From Acidilobaceae archaeon (GTDB lineage: Archaea; Thermoproteota; Thermoprotei_A; Sulfolobales; Acidilobaceae), in NCBI GenBank assembly GCA_038897215.1, contig JAWAWX010000001.1, forward strand, positions 928,001 to 992,000: 64,000 nt of DNA, read 5' to 3'. How positions within the stretch are numbered: the stretch's first letter is position 1; every line of letters begins with the position of its first letter. The position numbers and the translations under genes were made by a program. Below the pieces are notes generated by a model, which was not told where the DNA came from, searched no databases, and saw only the letters and a list, made by a program, of their open reading frames with translations. Of this stretch, positions 38,945 to 49,675 are shown in pieces.

Positions 38945-40342
38945 CTAGTCCATCTGACTTCTCATCCGCCTCCTCTTCCTGAATACAGTGATAGCCACTG
39001 CCGCCACGAGGATTGCTAGAGCTATGAGCGATGTGGCTATGAGAGCTGGAGCTATGAACTCCGTGAGCTTCAGCTCTTCGACTTCTCTCAAGAGAGCTAG
39101 ATAGGCTGACTTATCGTTAGCTATAGCTCCAGCTACTGCTATCGTAGAGTCCAACCTCGCTAGCGCTAGAGCTATCACTTCTCTATTAGCTACTTGGGTT
39201 AGATTAGCTACTTTCTCGAGCCTGAAGCCAGCTTCTAGCGAGAAGCTGTATCTAGCGATCAGCACTCCCTGCTCGGTTACTGCTGTAGCGTAGACTCTAC
39301 CAGAGTCCGCTACGAGAGCCGAGAATGCTCCGCGAGTATCTCCTATCGAGTGCCCGGCTTTCACGGGCTCTTCTGTGGTCATGTAGATGAGTATTGGGTG
39401 GTAGGATTCTCCAACGACTATACTCCCGGCTACGAGTAGAGCTAGGTCGAGGCAGCTGCAATCGTAGGGAATTATGGGAGTCGAGGTGTTGTAGTTCAGG
39501 ATCCTCAAGAGAGAGCCCGCTGGTGAGACTAGAGCTACGCTGAGCCCGTGGCTAGCCGAAAACGCTACGACTGCCACCCCGTCTCTTCGGAGAGCTATGC
39601 AGGCTGAGGGCTTGAAGAGCGTTGCATCTGGTAGCTGTATAGTCCACTCTACCTCGCGGGGTGAGATCTTAGAGGCTACTAGAGCGTCTCCGCTAACAGC
39701 AACTACTAGAGATGAGCCTCCCCAGATAGAGCCATAGACTATCGTGATACCTCGAGGCAGGCTGATCGTGGAGTCTACGGAGACCCGGGGAGCGGCTAGA
39801 GAGACTGTTATGAAGTAGAGAACCGCAGAGCCACCCTCATCTACCGCTGCTAGCACGCGTATAGCGTCTGCTTCTAGAACCGAGTCTAGTATGTAGAGAC
39901 TTCTCCCAGCTACTCTCTCGAAGACAAGTCTCTCGATAACATCAGGGCTCGCTCTATCTATCTTAGAGACCACGAGATAGCCTCCGCGAGAGCCGATTAC
40001 GTAGTAGATTCTACCGTATGCCATCACGTGAGTATAGCTATCTACCTGGTCGTCAACGCTCTGCCATAGCAACTCGAGGAAGACAGTGCTTGCTGAAGAC
40101 AGCCCCGTTGTCGACAACGCTAGGAGAGTGAGAGCGAGAGCAGACATCACCCTAAGCCAATACAAGACTCTGACCCTAGAGTCTACTAAAGCGAGTGGAT
40201 ATATCCCTTGTAGAGACTCCCGGCTAGCTGGAGGTCGGGTCTCCTCCTGCTTAGAGCTCGCGGACTCGCTCGCTTCCAGGATACCTGCTCTTCTCCTCGT
40301 ATCCGAGAGCTCCCGCCTCGCCAGCACCGACTCTGGTGCCAT
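38945..40342 (-). CDS. Putative secreted, C-terminally membrane-anchored beta-rich surface protein (start uncertain, likely near 40150)
   Basis: Signal-like hydrophobic stretch ending in SSA; C-terminal TM helix followed by RKRRR. Confidence 0.65.
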   Translation of the reverse strand: MAPESVLARRELSDTRRRAGILEASESASSKQEETRPPASRESLQGIYPLALVDSRVRVLYWLRVMSALALTLLALSTTGLSSASTVFLELLWQSVDDQVDSYTHVMAYGRIYYVIGSRGGYLVVSKIDRASPDVIERLVFERVAGRSLYILDSVLEADAIRVLAAVDEGGSAVLYFITVSLAAPRVSVDSTISLPRGITIVYGSIWGGSSLVVAVSGDALVASKISPREVEWTIQLPDATLFKPSACIALRRDGVAVVAFSASHGLSVALVSPAGSLLRILNYNTSTPIIPYDCSCLDLALLVAGSIVVGESYHPILIYMTTEEPVKAGHSIGDTRGAFSALVADSGRVYATAVTEQGVLIARYSFSLEAGFRLEKVANLTQVANREVIALALARLDSTIAVAGAIANDKSAYLALLREVEELKLTEFIAPALIATSLIALAILVAAVAITVFRKRRRMRSQMD

Positions 40343-40503
40343 GCTGGCTCACGAGTCGTCATAGGCCGGGTGACGGTGCTCTAAGCGCTACTTCCATAGC
40401 GTTCACTGCTTCGTAGAGCATGCTGAGCCTGTAGCGCTCCGCGAGGAGAGAGAAGACATCTCCTTTAAGCCTGACCTCTAGAGAGAGGCTTGAGGAGGTC
40501 TAG

Positions 40504-41520
40504 GTGAGCGCTCGGAGACATAGCGGTGTAAGCACGAGACCTGCTAGAGGCTGTGAGCTCTGCGCTATGGGAGCCAAGTCTGTGATCTTCATCACAGGCC
40601 TATGTCCTGAAGACTGTTTCTACTGCCCTATCAGTCCTGAGAAGTGGAGAGCTGATGTGATGTACGTGAACGAAGAGAGAGTCTATAGCGTAGACGAGCT
40701 GGTGATAGAGGTGTCTAGAGCTTCCTCTCTGGGAGCCGGCATAACGGGAGGAGAGCCACTCGTAGTCTTGGATAGAGTGCTGGATGCGATCACAGCTCTC
40801 AAGGAGCACTTCGGAGAGAGCTTCCACATACATCTATACACGAGCGGCTCTCAGGGGCTCACGAGGCACGTGCTAAGCCTCTGGAGCGCTGGCCTTGATG
40901 AGATAAGATTCCACCCAGTAACCCCCAGAGCTTTCGAGCTAGCTGAGTACGCTGTTAGAGAGACCGGGATGGATGTGGGCTTCGAGATACCGATAGCTCC
41001 AGGGCTCGAGAAGTGGGCTATGGGAGTAGTGGAGGAGGCGTCGAGGATAGGGGCTAAGTTCGTGAACCTCAACGAGATGGAGTTTAGCGAGAGAAACTCG
41101 AGAAGACTACTCCTCCGGGGGCTCAAGCCGAGCAGAGTGAGACCATACGCTGTAGAGGGGGCTCTCGAGGCGGCGAGAAGAGTGCTAGAGTGGGCTAGAG
41201 AGCACTCGAGCGTCTACGTTCACTTCTGCCCAGTCAGCTTCAAGGACTCGGTTCAGCTAAAGAACAGGATGAGGAGACTAGCTGAAGCCGATGCCAGATG
41301 GTTTGAGAAAGTAACGGAGGAGGGAACAGTAGTATGGGGAGAGCTCGAGTGCAGAGAAGAGCCAGTAGAGGAGAGCGAGAAGTGTAGAGAGGGGAGAGTC
41401 TGCCTGCCCCCCGACGAGAGCAAGCTTAGGAGAATAGCGAGAGAGAAAGACTGCCGAGTATTCCTCGTAGAAGCATACCCGACGAGGAATAGGATGGTGC
41501 TACACGAGGAAGAGCTCTAA
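40504..41520 (+). CDS. Radical SAM protein (archaeal conserved family)
   Basis: GCELC, CPEDCFYC, ITGGEP, HLYT, DEIRFHP. Confidence 0.88.
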   Translation: MSARRHSGVSTRPARGCELCAMGAKSVIFITGLCPEDCFYCPISPEKWRADVMYVNEERVYSVDELVIEVSRASSLGAGITGGEPLVVLDRVLDAITALKEHFGESFHIHLYTSGSQGLTRHVLSLWSAGLDEIRFHPVTPRAFELAEYAVRETGMDVGFEIPIAPGLEKWAMGVVEEASRIGAKFVNLNEMEFSERNSRRLLLRGLKPSRVRPYAVEGALEAARRVLEWAREHSSVYVHFCPVSFKDSVQLKNRMRRLAEADARWFEKVTEEGTVVWGELECREEPVEESEKCREGRVCLPPDESKLRRIAREKDCRVFLVEAYPTRNRMVLHEEEL

Positions 41521-41639
41521 GCTAGACCTCTTCACAGCCTCAGTAGCGACCTCGCTGAAAGCGCGCGAGGCTAGCATCGAGAGTTGGTCGAGTTCTCCGA
41601 GAAGACTATGCCTTGTGGCGAGGCGGGTCTGATGGAATT

Positions 41640-42962
41640 CTACTCTGCTCTCTTCTCCCCAGCTAGAAGCGCCTTGACGACTCTGGGGAGCTCTTCTAGA
41701 CTCGCTACTTCTCTCCTCCCGCTTGGAGCATGGTACACAGTCGCTACTCCTTTCTCAGCCTCTATCTGCCCTATGAAGACCAGCACTGGGACCCCTAGCC
41801 TTCTAGCTCTTCTTCTCTGAGCGTCCTCGCTCGAGCGCATCAAATCTATTCTAGTGTTGACCCCGGCTTCTCTGAGGATTCTAGCTACTCTCCACGCGTA
41901 CTTGCTCAGAGCCCAGTCGAGGACCACTACTTGAGCTTCTGTGAGTGTCTGCTTCGAGGTCGAGACCAGGCCTAGCTCTATGCTAGCGTCTATTATCCTC
42001 TCTAAGCCTAAGCTGACGCCGGTAGCGGGGATGTCTCTTCCAGCGAAGAGCTTTATCAGGTTATCGTACCTACCTCCTCCAGCCACGCTCCCAATCCTAG
42101 GCGTTGATAGCTTAGCCTCGAAGATCGGTCCAGTGTAGTAGTCTAGACCTCGCACTAGGCTCAGGTCGAAGACTATGCGGTCAGCGTTATGCACCAAGTC
42201 TAAAGCCTTGAAGAGATGCTCGCAACCCTCTCGGATCCTGGTGTTCGACGAGTACCTAGAGCAGAGCGAGTCGAGGCTAGCAAAGGGGTCTCCTCTAATC
42301 TCGATGAGCTTCATCACTGTCTCGACGAACTCTCTCGAGTACCCCTTGTCTAAGAGCTCTCTCCTAACCCCCTCGACTCCTATCTTATCCAGCTTGTCTA
42401 TAGCTCTGTAGAGGGGGAGTGGGTCGGATAGCTCTAGCTCGCTCTCGAATATCCCGGCCAGTATCCTCCTATCATTGACTAGTATCTTGAAGTCCGAGAA
42501 GCCCACTTCTTTCAGAACGTCTGCTGTCAAGTCTAGTATCTCGGCATCAGCCTCGGGATAGGGGCTCCCCACTATGTCTGCATCGCATTGATAGAACTCT
42601 CTATACCTCCCCCTCTGGGGCTCCTCGTGTCTCCAGACTGGAGCTATGTGGTACCTTTTGAACGGAAGCGGGATGTCTGGTCTTGATGCCACAAACCTGG
42701 CTAGAGGAACCGTCAGGTCGTATCTTAGAGCGTACTCTCTACCACTCCAGGGGTCCGTGAATCGCCATATGAGCCTAGACTCAGCCTCCTCTCCGTACTT
42801 CCCAGCGAGAGTCTCCCAGTACTCTATAGCGGGTGTGTCGAGAGGGTCGAACCCGTAGCGCTCGAAGACCGTGACGATTTTACCTATTACCTCTCTCCTG
42901 GCAATCATAACTTCTGGAGGGAAGTCTCTAAAGCCTCTGGGAGGTCTAGCCTCTCTACTCAA
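41640..42962 (-). CDS. hisS: Histidyl-tRNA synthetase
   Basis: PRGFRD, LRYDLTVP, GRYREFYQCDAD, LVRGLDYY, GGGRYD. Confidence 0.96.
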   Translation of the reverse strand: MSREARPPRGFRDFPPEVMIARREVIGKIVTVFERYGFDPLDTPAIEYWETLAGKYGEEAESRLIWRFTDPWSGREYALRYDLTVPLARFVASRPDIPLPFKRYHIAPVWRHEEPQRGRYREFYQCDADIVGSPYPEADAEILDLTADVLKEVGFSDFKILVNDRRILAGIFESELELSDPLPLYRAIDKLDKIGVEGVRRELLDKGYSREFVETVMKLIEIRGDPFASLDSLCSRYSSNTRIREGCEHLFKALDLVHNADRIVFDLSLVRGLDYYTGPIFEAKLSTPRIGSVAGGGRYDNLIKLFAGRDIPATGVSLGLERIIDASIELGLVSTSKQTLTEAQVVVLDWALSKYAWRVARILREAGVNTRIDLMRSSEDAQRRRARRLGVPVLVFIGQIEAEKGVATVYHAPSGRREVASLEELPRVVKALLAGEKRAE

Positions 42963-42963
42963 C

Positions 42964-43455
42964 TCAATCCTCCTGAGGAGTTCTCTGAACCGAGCGGGAA
43001 TTATAAGACTTGGCTTCCAATAGCTTGCCGCACTCTTCAAGAGCCTCTCTCTCTTCTTCTGCTCTAGCGAACGCCACCACAACAGCCCCGAGTTCTGCTA
43101 GCAGGCCCCCGAGTTCCTCTTCTACCTTGAAGAGGTGGCTGGGAGAGCGTCTATCATCGCTCGAGCCGAAGCCAGGGATGTGCTTAAGCCTGGTGGCGAG
43201 GAGGAGCGCTACGTCTGGCTCCCGGGCTTCTATCAGGTAGAATCCTAGCTTGCTGCACTCGACACTCAGGTAGTCTATATGCCAGAACATCTTCTTAGCT
43301 CGAGAGTAGTGCCTTTGGACTCTCTTACAGCAATTGCTTCCACAGGAGCCCACGTAAGCGTAGACACCAGCTGGGATCTCGAAGACTCTAGACCTCGTCT
43401 TCAAGACTAGACTAGGGCATTCTAGAAGAAGCACGTAGGATTTGAATAACGCCAT
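42964..43455 (-). CDS. DUF123 / GIY-YIG (Uri) family nuclease
   Basis: GVYAYVGS, RH, WHIDYL, GFGSSD, SHLF. Confidence 0.85.
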   Translation of the reverse strand: MALFKSYVLLLECPSLVLKTRSRVFEIPAGVYAYVGSCGSNCCKRVQRHYSRAKKMFWHIDYLSVECSKLGFYLIEAREPDVALLLATRLKHIPGFGSSDDRRSPSHLFKVEEELGGLLAELGAVVVAFARAEEEREALEECGKLLEAKSYNSRSVQRTPQED

Positions 43456-43636
43456 CAGCGGCTTTCACCGCAACTCTAAGACCAGCTACTGCATCTCGGA
43501 CCTTATATCACTACAGCACGTTCTCAGCTCTCGCGAAGACGAGTCGGTGGCTCGACTAGGCTCTCTCGGTTGAGCATCAAGAATTCTTAGTAACGCTTAA
43601 AGGTTATTCCTACTATGGTGCACTATGGTGTAGCTA

Positions 43637-46075
43637 GTGGGTTCTCTGATCCTCTGGCTCGAGGAGCTAGACCCGAGAGAGCTAGCTCTAATTGGGGGTA
43701 AGGCTAGCGGGCTGGCTAAGCTGATAAAAGCCGGGCTTCCTGTTCCTCCAGGCTTCGTGGTCACGTCTGAAGCGTACAAGCTCTTCGTGGAGGAAACGGG
43801 ACTCAAGGACTATATCGAGAAGGTTTTGAGAGAAGTAATCAAGACGGGAGACCCTAGAGAGTACGAGGAGGCAAGCAAGCTGATAAGAGCTAAGTTCGAC
43901 GAGACCCCGATGCCTAGCGAGCTAGCTGAGAGCATCAAGAAAGCCTACGTGGAGCTCTGCGAGAAGCTTGGAGTGAGAGAAGCGAGAGTAGCAGTTAGGA
44001 GTAGCGCTACAGCCGAAGACCTGCCTGAAGCAAGCTTTGCTGGACAGCAGGAGACTTATCTGAACATAGTGGGCGCCGAGAGAGTAGTCGAGATGGTCAA
44101 GAAGGCTTGGAGTAGTCTCTGGACTCCTAGAGCTATAATGTATAGAGACAGCATGAAGGTAGAGCACAGTAGAGCCTACATGGCTGTCGTCGTCCAGAAG
44201 ATGGTTAACAGTAGGAGTAGCGGCGTTTTGTTCACTATACACCCCGTGACGGGCGATGAAGACAAGATCGTTGTTGAAGCTGTCTGGGGGCTAGGAGAGC
44301 TCATAGTATCAGGTAAGGCTACACCAGATAGGTACGTTGTGAACAAGGCTACGCTAGAGATAATTGAGAAGAAGATCGCGAGAAAGCCTAGAGCTCTCCT
44401 CTACGACCCCGACTCGCGTAGAAACATAGAGGTAGAGGTCCCCGAGAGCGATAGAGAGCTAGCTAAGCTCTATGCTGAGAAGCCTAGCATAGCCGACCTC
44501 CTAGAGAAGCATGGGATTAGGCCAGACTCTCCGGCTCTCAGCGAGGAGGAGGTCAAGCATTTAGCCAAGCTGGCGATCAAGGCTGAGTCCTACTTCGGCG
44601 TGCCTCTAGACATCGAGTGGGCTGTAGACGCTGACCTAGAGTTCCCTCAGAGCATCTACATAGTCCAAGCTAGGCCCGAGACTGTCTGGAGCACTAAGAA
44701 GAAGACGGAGAAGACTAGAGCTGAAGCCGTGGAGGCTACCTCAGCCAAGATCTTGGTGAGAGGGATCCCAGCTAGCCCCGGTCTAGCCTATGGGAGAGCT
44801 AAAGTAGCGCTGAGCGTGGAGGAAGCAGCTCGAAAGATGGAGAAAGGAGACGTGCTAGTCACCAAGATGACAGACCCAGACTGGGTCCCCTACATGAAGC
44901 TAGCTTCAGCAATAGTCACAGACGAGGGGGGGATAACTGCTCACGCAGCGATAGTAGCTAGAGAGCTGGGAATACCCGCCGTAGTGGGTGCCGGTAACGC
45001 CACGAAGGTGCTAGAAGACGGGCTAGAAGTCACGGTAGACGGCTCCAGGGGAGTAGTCTACGAGGGCGTGGTGAAAGTCGAGGAGGAGAAGCCGGCTGCT
45101 CCCGCTGAAGTCGTGGTCTCAGCCTATCCGGCTACAGCTACCAAGATATACATGAATCTAGGCCAGCCAGCTGAGATAGACAGATACAAGAACCTGCCTT
45201 TCGACGGAATCGGGTTGATGAGGATAGAGTTCATCATAGCGAGCTGGATAGAGTACCACCCACTCTACCTCATCGAGCAGGGCCGCGGAGACTTCTTCGT
45301 AGACAAGCTGGCAGAAGGGATAGCCAAGGTGGCTAGTGCTATCTACCCGAGACCCGTCGTGGTGAGATTCAGCGACTTCAGGACAAACGAGTACGCTAGG
45401 CTGAAGGGAGCGGAGAAGTACGAGACTCTGGATGAGCGCAACCCGATGATTGGCTGGAGAGGGGTAGCTAGATACATCAGCCCCCAGTACGAGCCCGCCT
45501 TCAGGCTAGAGCTTAGAGCGATAAAGAAAGTCAGGGAGGAGTGGGGGCTGAAGAACGTTTGGGTCATGTTCCCATTCGTTAGAACAACCTGGGAGCTCGA
45601 GAAGGCGCTCAAGCTGATGGAGAGCGAGGGCCTAGGCAGGTCTAAAGACTTCAAGGTCTGGATAATGGTCGAGGTCCCGAGCACGGTATTCCTGGCAGAG
45701 GAATTCGCCAAGATGGTAGACGGTTTCAGCATAGGGAGCAATGACTTGACGCAACTGGTTCTAGGAGCTGATAGAGATAGCGGGATACTGGCTAGAATGG
45801 GCTACTTCGACGAGAGAGACCCGGCTGTCTTGAAGGCGATAAGGAGAGTGATCAGAGCAGCTAAGAAGCACGGAATAACGAGCAGCATATGCGGCCAGGC
45901 TCCGAGCGTGTACCCGGAGATAGTAGAGTTCCTCGTGAGAGAAGGCATAGACTCTATCAGCGTCAACCCCGACGCGGTAGTCTCCACGAGGATGCTCGTA
46001 GCCAGCATTGAGAGAAAGCTGATGCTAGAGAGGCTGAGCAGTATCGAGAAGAAGCTCAAGAAGCTGAAGCGCTAG
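43637..46075 (+). CDS. ppsA: Phosphoenolpyruvate synthase
   Basis: GGK, AVRSSATAED, QARPET, HAAIVARE, FSIGSNDLTQ. Confidence 0.96.
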   Translation: MGSLILWLEELDPRELALIGGKASGLAKLIKAGLPVPPGFVVTSEAYKLFVEETGLKDYIEKVLREVIKTGDPREYEEASKLIRAKFDETPMPSELAESIKKAYVELCEKLGVREARVAVRSSATAEDLPEASFAGQQETYLNIVGAERVVEMVKKAWSSLWTPRAIMYRDSMKVEHSRAYMAVVVQKMVNSRSSGVLFTIHPVTGDEDKIVVEAVWGLGELIVSGKATPDRYVVNKATLEIIEKKIARKPRALLYDPDSRRNIEVEVPESDRELAKLYAEKPSIADLLEKHGIRPDSPALSEEEVKHLAKLAIKAESYFGVPLDIEWAVDADLEFPQSIYIVQARPETVWSTKKKTEKTRAEAVEATSAKILVRGIPASPGLAYGRAKVALSVEEAARKMEKGDVLVTKMTDPDWVPYMKLASAIVTDEGGITAHAAIVARELGIPAVVGAGNATKVLEDGLEVTVDGSRGVVYEGVVKVEEEKPAAPAEVVVSAYPATATKIYMNLGQPAEIDRYKNLPFDGIGLMRIEFIIASWIEYHPLYLIEQGRGDFFVDKLAEGIAKVASAIYPRPVVVRFSDFRTNEYARLKGAEKYETLDERNPMIGWRGVARYISPQYEPAFRLELRAIKKVREEWGLKNVWVMFPFVRTTWELEKALKLMESEGLGRSKDFKVWIMVEVPSTVFLAEEFAKMVDGFSIGSNDLTQLVLGADRDSGILARMGYFDERDPAVLKAIRRVIRAAKKHGITSSICGQAPSVYPEIVEFLVREGIDSISVNPDAVVSTRMLVASIERKLMLERLSSIEKKLKKLKR

Positions 46076-46228
46076 CTCTCCCCTTGCGCTCTATAGTCTT
46101 CTCAACCACGAGTTTCTCCCGAGCTCTCCACCCTCAGCCCCCTACCTGCTACTTACCGCTATTGCCTCGAGAGGCGTGCAAGGTAGTGCATAAAGCCTTA
46201 CTGCTCTGTGTAGAGAGAGGGGAGCACT

Positions 46229-47398
46229 ATCTTCAGGTATCTCTCTAGCGATATAGTTGAGAGGATAAGACCCGATGCGGTGAGAGTGCTGAAGAGCAAG
46301 CCTCTAGTCGAGAGGCTAAGCTGGTACTTTAGAGTCCTCTTTGGCGAGATGCCCGCCAAGTACCGGATAGCTAAGAGAGTCGAGGCTCCCGAGAACCCCT
46401 ACCAGGAGGGGATGGGGCTGGAGGAGCTGTGGAGTCTTCACGACAAGCTGGCGGTAGAGCACGCTAGGCTCCTACGCTCTATCGAGGAGAGTGGAGAGAA
46501 GCTCTCTTCTAGTGTTCCACGATACTCCTATCTCGACGTCAAGATAGCTATATCCAAGAGGATCCTCGAGAGCTGCCATCTCTGCGAGTGGAGATGCAGG
46601 ACTAACAGAGCTTCGGGTAAGCGGGGAGTGTGCAAAGTCTCGGCTGACTGCGTGGTGTACAGCTACTTCCACCACATGGGCGAAGAGGCTCCGCTAGTCC
46701 CGAGCGGGACTATATTCTACGGCGGGTGCCCCTTCAAGTGCGTCTTCTGCCAGAACTGGGAGATAAGCCAGATGCTCGACGAGAACTACTCTATAGTGAC
46801 GCCTAGGGAGCTCGCTGAAATCCAGGAGGAGCTCGCTATAACCGGGGCTAGAAACATCAACCACGTCGGCGGAGACCCGATACCCCACATACCTTTCATA
46901 CTCGAGAGCCTCAAGTATCTAGACGTCAACAAGCCTCAGCTGTGGAATAGCAACATGTATCTCAGCAATGAGGGGATGAAGCTGATAGCTGACATCATAG
47001 ACATATGGCTACCTGACTTCAAGTACGGTAACGACTCCTGCGCGCTCAGACTATCTAAGTGCAGAAACTACCTGGAGGTAGTGACTAGGAATCTGCTAGC
47101 CGCCTACGAGGGAGGCAGAGGGAACATCATAGTCAGGCACTTAGTCCTACCTGGTCACATAGAGTGCTGCACGAGAAGAGTGCTAGAGTGGATGTCTAAA
47201 AACATACCCGGAGCAGTCTTAAACCTGATGGATCAATACCATCCAGACTACCTCCTCCTCATAGACCCCAGAGCTAGAGAAGAATACAAGGAAGTGTCTA
47301 GAAGACTCTCTAGAAGCGAGTACGAGGAGGCTCTGAAGATAGCTAAAGAGTACGGCTACACTCTCGAAGTCGAAGAGCTCCTCCTGATACCTAGCTAG
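46229..47398 (+). CDS. PflX-like radical SAM protein (ATC start at 46229 proposed; first GTG at 46280)
   Basis: CHLCEWRC, HMGEE, CPFKCVFCQNWEIS, DFKYGN, RHLVLPGH. Confidence 0.85.
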   Translation: MFRYLSSDIVERIRPDAVRVLKSKPLVERLSWYFRVLFGEMPAKYRIAKRVEAPENPYQEGMGLEELWSLHDKLAVEHARLLRSIEESGEKLSSSVPRYSYLDVKIAISKRILESCHLCEWRCRTNRASGKRGVCKVSADCVVYSYFHHMGEEAPLVPSGTIFYGGCPFKCVFCQNWEISQMLDENYSIVTPRELAEIQEELAITGARNINHVGGDPIPHIPFILESLKYLDVNKPQLWNSNMYLSNEGMKLIADIIDIWLPDFKYGNDSCALRLSKCRNYLEVVTRNLLAAYEGGRGNIIVRHLVLPGHIECCTRRVLEWMSKNIPGAVLNLMDQYHPDYLLLIDPRAREEYKEVSRRLSRSEYEEALKIAKEYGYTLEVEELLLIPS

Positions 47399-47961
47399 CC
47401 GCGAGCCTCCTGCTCTGACCTCTGCTCTCTGAGTCGAGATCTCCAAGCGATCCTGCCATCGACGTACACTACGCCTCCCCCTCTCCTCTTGAGTCTTTCC
47501 AGGATCTTCTTCGAGTAGCTCCTGAAACCTCCTAGGTACGCTTCTCTCCTACTCGACGCAGGAGACCCTACTATGTCTCCTGTCACGGCAACAACAGTGA
47601 TGGATGCTCCCGTCTTCTCGACTTCTCTAGCTATCTCGACTAGGTCTGCCTCCAGCTCTCTAGCCTCGACTCCTGGGATCTCGATGACGGCCTCCTCAGT
47701 ACCTCTCTCCCAGTCGAGACCGTAGACTACTACTCCGCACCACTTCCTAGCGAGTCTCTCAACGAGGTCTGATAAGAGGCCAGTGACCTCGTTTGGTGTA
47801 TACTCATCGTAGCCTCTCTGTCTCGTAATCTCCTCGAATCTGTCTAGGTCGAGGACTACTACCGCTCCACGGCTTACAGCTGAAGAAGAGCCTCTCTCAA
47901 TGGTTTCTGGTCTGCGTGATGCTGAGCCGGTCACCTGGTCCCAGACTGCCCGCTTCTTCAT
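47395..47961 (-). CDS. Hypothetical protein resembling a GGDEF/cyclase-like palm domain
   Basis: VVLDLDRF...RGTEEAVI...KRRGG pattern. Confidence 0.55.
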   Translation of the reverse strand: MKKRAVWDQVTGSASRRPETIERGSSSAVSRGAVVVLDLDRFEEITRQRGYDEYTPNEVTGLLSDLVERLARKWCGVVVYGLDWERGTEEAVIEIPGVEARELEADLVEIAREVEKTGASITVVAVTGDIVGSPASSRREAYLGGFRSYSKKILERLKRRGGGVVYVDGRIAWRSRLREQRSEQEARG

Positions 47962-48061
47962 CCCAACTACTCAACGAGAGCTAGAGGAGATAAGCAGTAA
48001 TGCGAGTGATACTTTTTAAACCCCCAGGGCTCGATTCTAACTCCCAGAGGAGACAGGCGCT

Positions 48062-48658
48062 ATGGCCTATCCTAGGGGTGAAGCTGAGAGAGCTCTCGAC
48101 GAGCCTAAGCCTCGTAGCCAGATAGAGAACATAGTGGCTACAGTCATACTAGAGCACCCTCTAGACCTATCCCTCATAGAGTCGAGGCTACCCGAGTCAG
48201 AGTACAACCCCGACCAGTTCCCGGGGCTCATATACAGGCTAGACCAGCCTAAGGTAACAGCTCTCATATTCAAGTCCGGCAAGATGGTAGTGACTGGTGC
48301 TAAGAGCGTGAACACTCTAGTCTTCGCCGTCAAGAAGATAATAAAGACTCTGATGAATAAAGGGATACCTATCCACGGAAAGGTCCAGATACAGATACAG
48401 AACATAGTGGCGTCAGCCGACTTAGGCACATTCATAGACTTAGAGAGAGCTGCTCTAGCTCTCCCCGGGAGCATGTACGAGCCTGAGCAGTTCCCCGGGC
48501 TCATATACAGGATGGATAAGCCCTCCGTAGTGCTCCTGATATTTAGTAGCGGCAAGATGGTGATAACTGGAGCTAAGCGCGAAGAGGAGGTATCGAAGGC
48601 TGTAGACGCTATCTTCAATATCCTGAAGAAACACGAGTGCCTCATAACGCAGTTCTAA
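48062..48658 (+). CDS. tbp: TATA-box-binding protein
   Basis: Two repeats of NIVA...[10 protein letters not shown]...LIF.SGKMV.TGAK. Confidence 0.98.
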   Translation: MAYPRGEAERALDEPKPRSQIENIVATVILEHPLDLSLIESRLPESEYNPDQFPGLIYRLDQPKVTALIFKSGKMVVTGAKSVNTLVFAVKKIIKTLMNKGIPIHGKVQIQIQNIVASADLGTFIDLERAALALPGSMYEPEQFPGLIYRMDKPSVVLLIFSSGKMVITGAKREEEVSKAVDAIFNILKKHECLITQF

Positions 48659-48688
48659 AACCCCAGCTCGCTTCTCGACTCTAGAGTC

Positions 48689-49459
48689 TTACGCTTGAAC
48701 CCTCTCTCCTAGGAGGAAGCCTAGTTTAGGTAGAGCTATCGTGCCCAAGTCTCTATCAGCTATTATCGGAACCGCCTCCTCTATTAGAGCCTCTTCTCGA
48801 ACCCATGGGGAGAGGTATCTGGTCTTATCTAGCGTAACGACATTGCCTGACTGATACTCTCCCATGGCTGGGAGCACTATGAAGTATCCGCTCGAGGCTC
48901 TGGGAGCTACTAGGAAGACTGGAAGCCTTTCTCTAAAGCCTCCTACTGATATCTCTAGAGCTGGGTGCTCGTGACCTATTATCACTAAATCTGCGTTAAC
49001 TTCGTGAACCTCGTGGCCGTGAGTGATCACCACGCTCTTCTCTAGCTCTAGATAGCCCTCTATCCAGATAGCTCCTAGCTTCTTGAGGAGGCCGGAGACG
49101 TAGTTATCGTGATTGCCTCTAACAACGAGAACCTCCTTGAATCCTAGCTCGTAGGCTCTCTCTACGAACCTCGTAACTTCTTCGCGCTCCTGTCTGGTGA
49201 GCTTCTCGAAGACATGTTTTAAGTCTCCTCCCACGATGAGCTTGCTCGCTCCAGTAGTAGCTCTAATCCTGGATAGGCTTTCGAGAGCTCTCCTAAGTTG
49301 CCTTCTGGGAGGGAATACGCCTAAGTCCGCCATAGCTGACTCGAAGCCTAGATGGATATCTGAGACTACTACTGCGTTCTCGCTACTAACGTAGAGAGCT
49401 GCCTCTCCTCCAACGAAAGCCACTCTGTACTCTTCCAGTAGAGCCTTGACTTCCTCCAA
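48689..49459 (-). CDS. Calcineurin-like metallophosphoesterase
   Basis: SDIHLG, GDLKH, RGNHD, HGH, GHEHP. Confidence 0.9.
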   Translation of the reverse strand: MEEVKALLEEYRVAFVGGEAALYVSSENAVVVSDIHLGFESAMADLGVFPPRRQLRRALESLSRIRATTGASKLIVGGDLKHVFEKLTRQEREEVTRFVERAYELGFKEVLVVRGNHDNYVSGLLKKLGAIWIEGYLELEKSVVITHGHEVHEVNADLVIIGHEHPALEISVGGFRERLPVFLVAPRASSGYFIVLPAMGEYQSGNVVTLDKTRYLSPWVREEALIEEAVPIIADRDLGTIALPKLGFLLGERVQA

Positions 49460-49544
49460 GAGGGATTCCTCCAGAAGTATTACCTAGCAGGCTGAAAGCT
49501 AAAGAGGCGAGTCATGAAGTGCAGAGAGGAGCCCGCTTTACTCA

Positions 49545-49625
<81 letters not shown>

Positions 49626-49675
49626 TCTCCTTCAGCTCGAGTCTCGGCTCTAGCTTTAAATATGCTCGATTCTCG

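Noticed and set aside
48067-48645. 192-aa ORF antisense to tbp, and nucleotide repeats within tbp
   Set aside because: Shadow frame; the repeats reflect TBP's known two-fold internal duplication.
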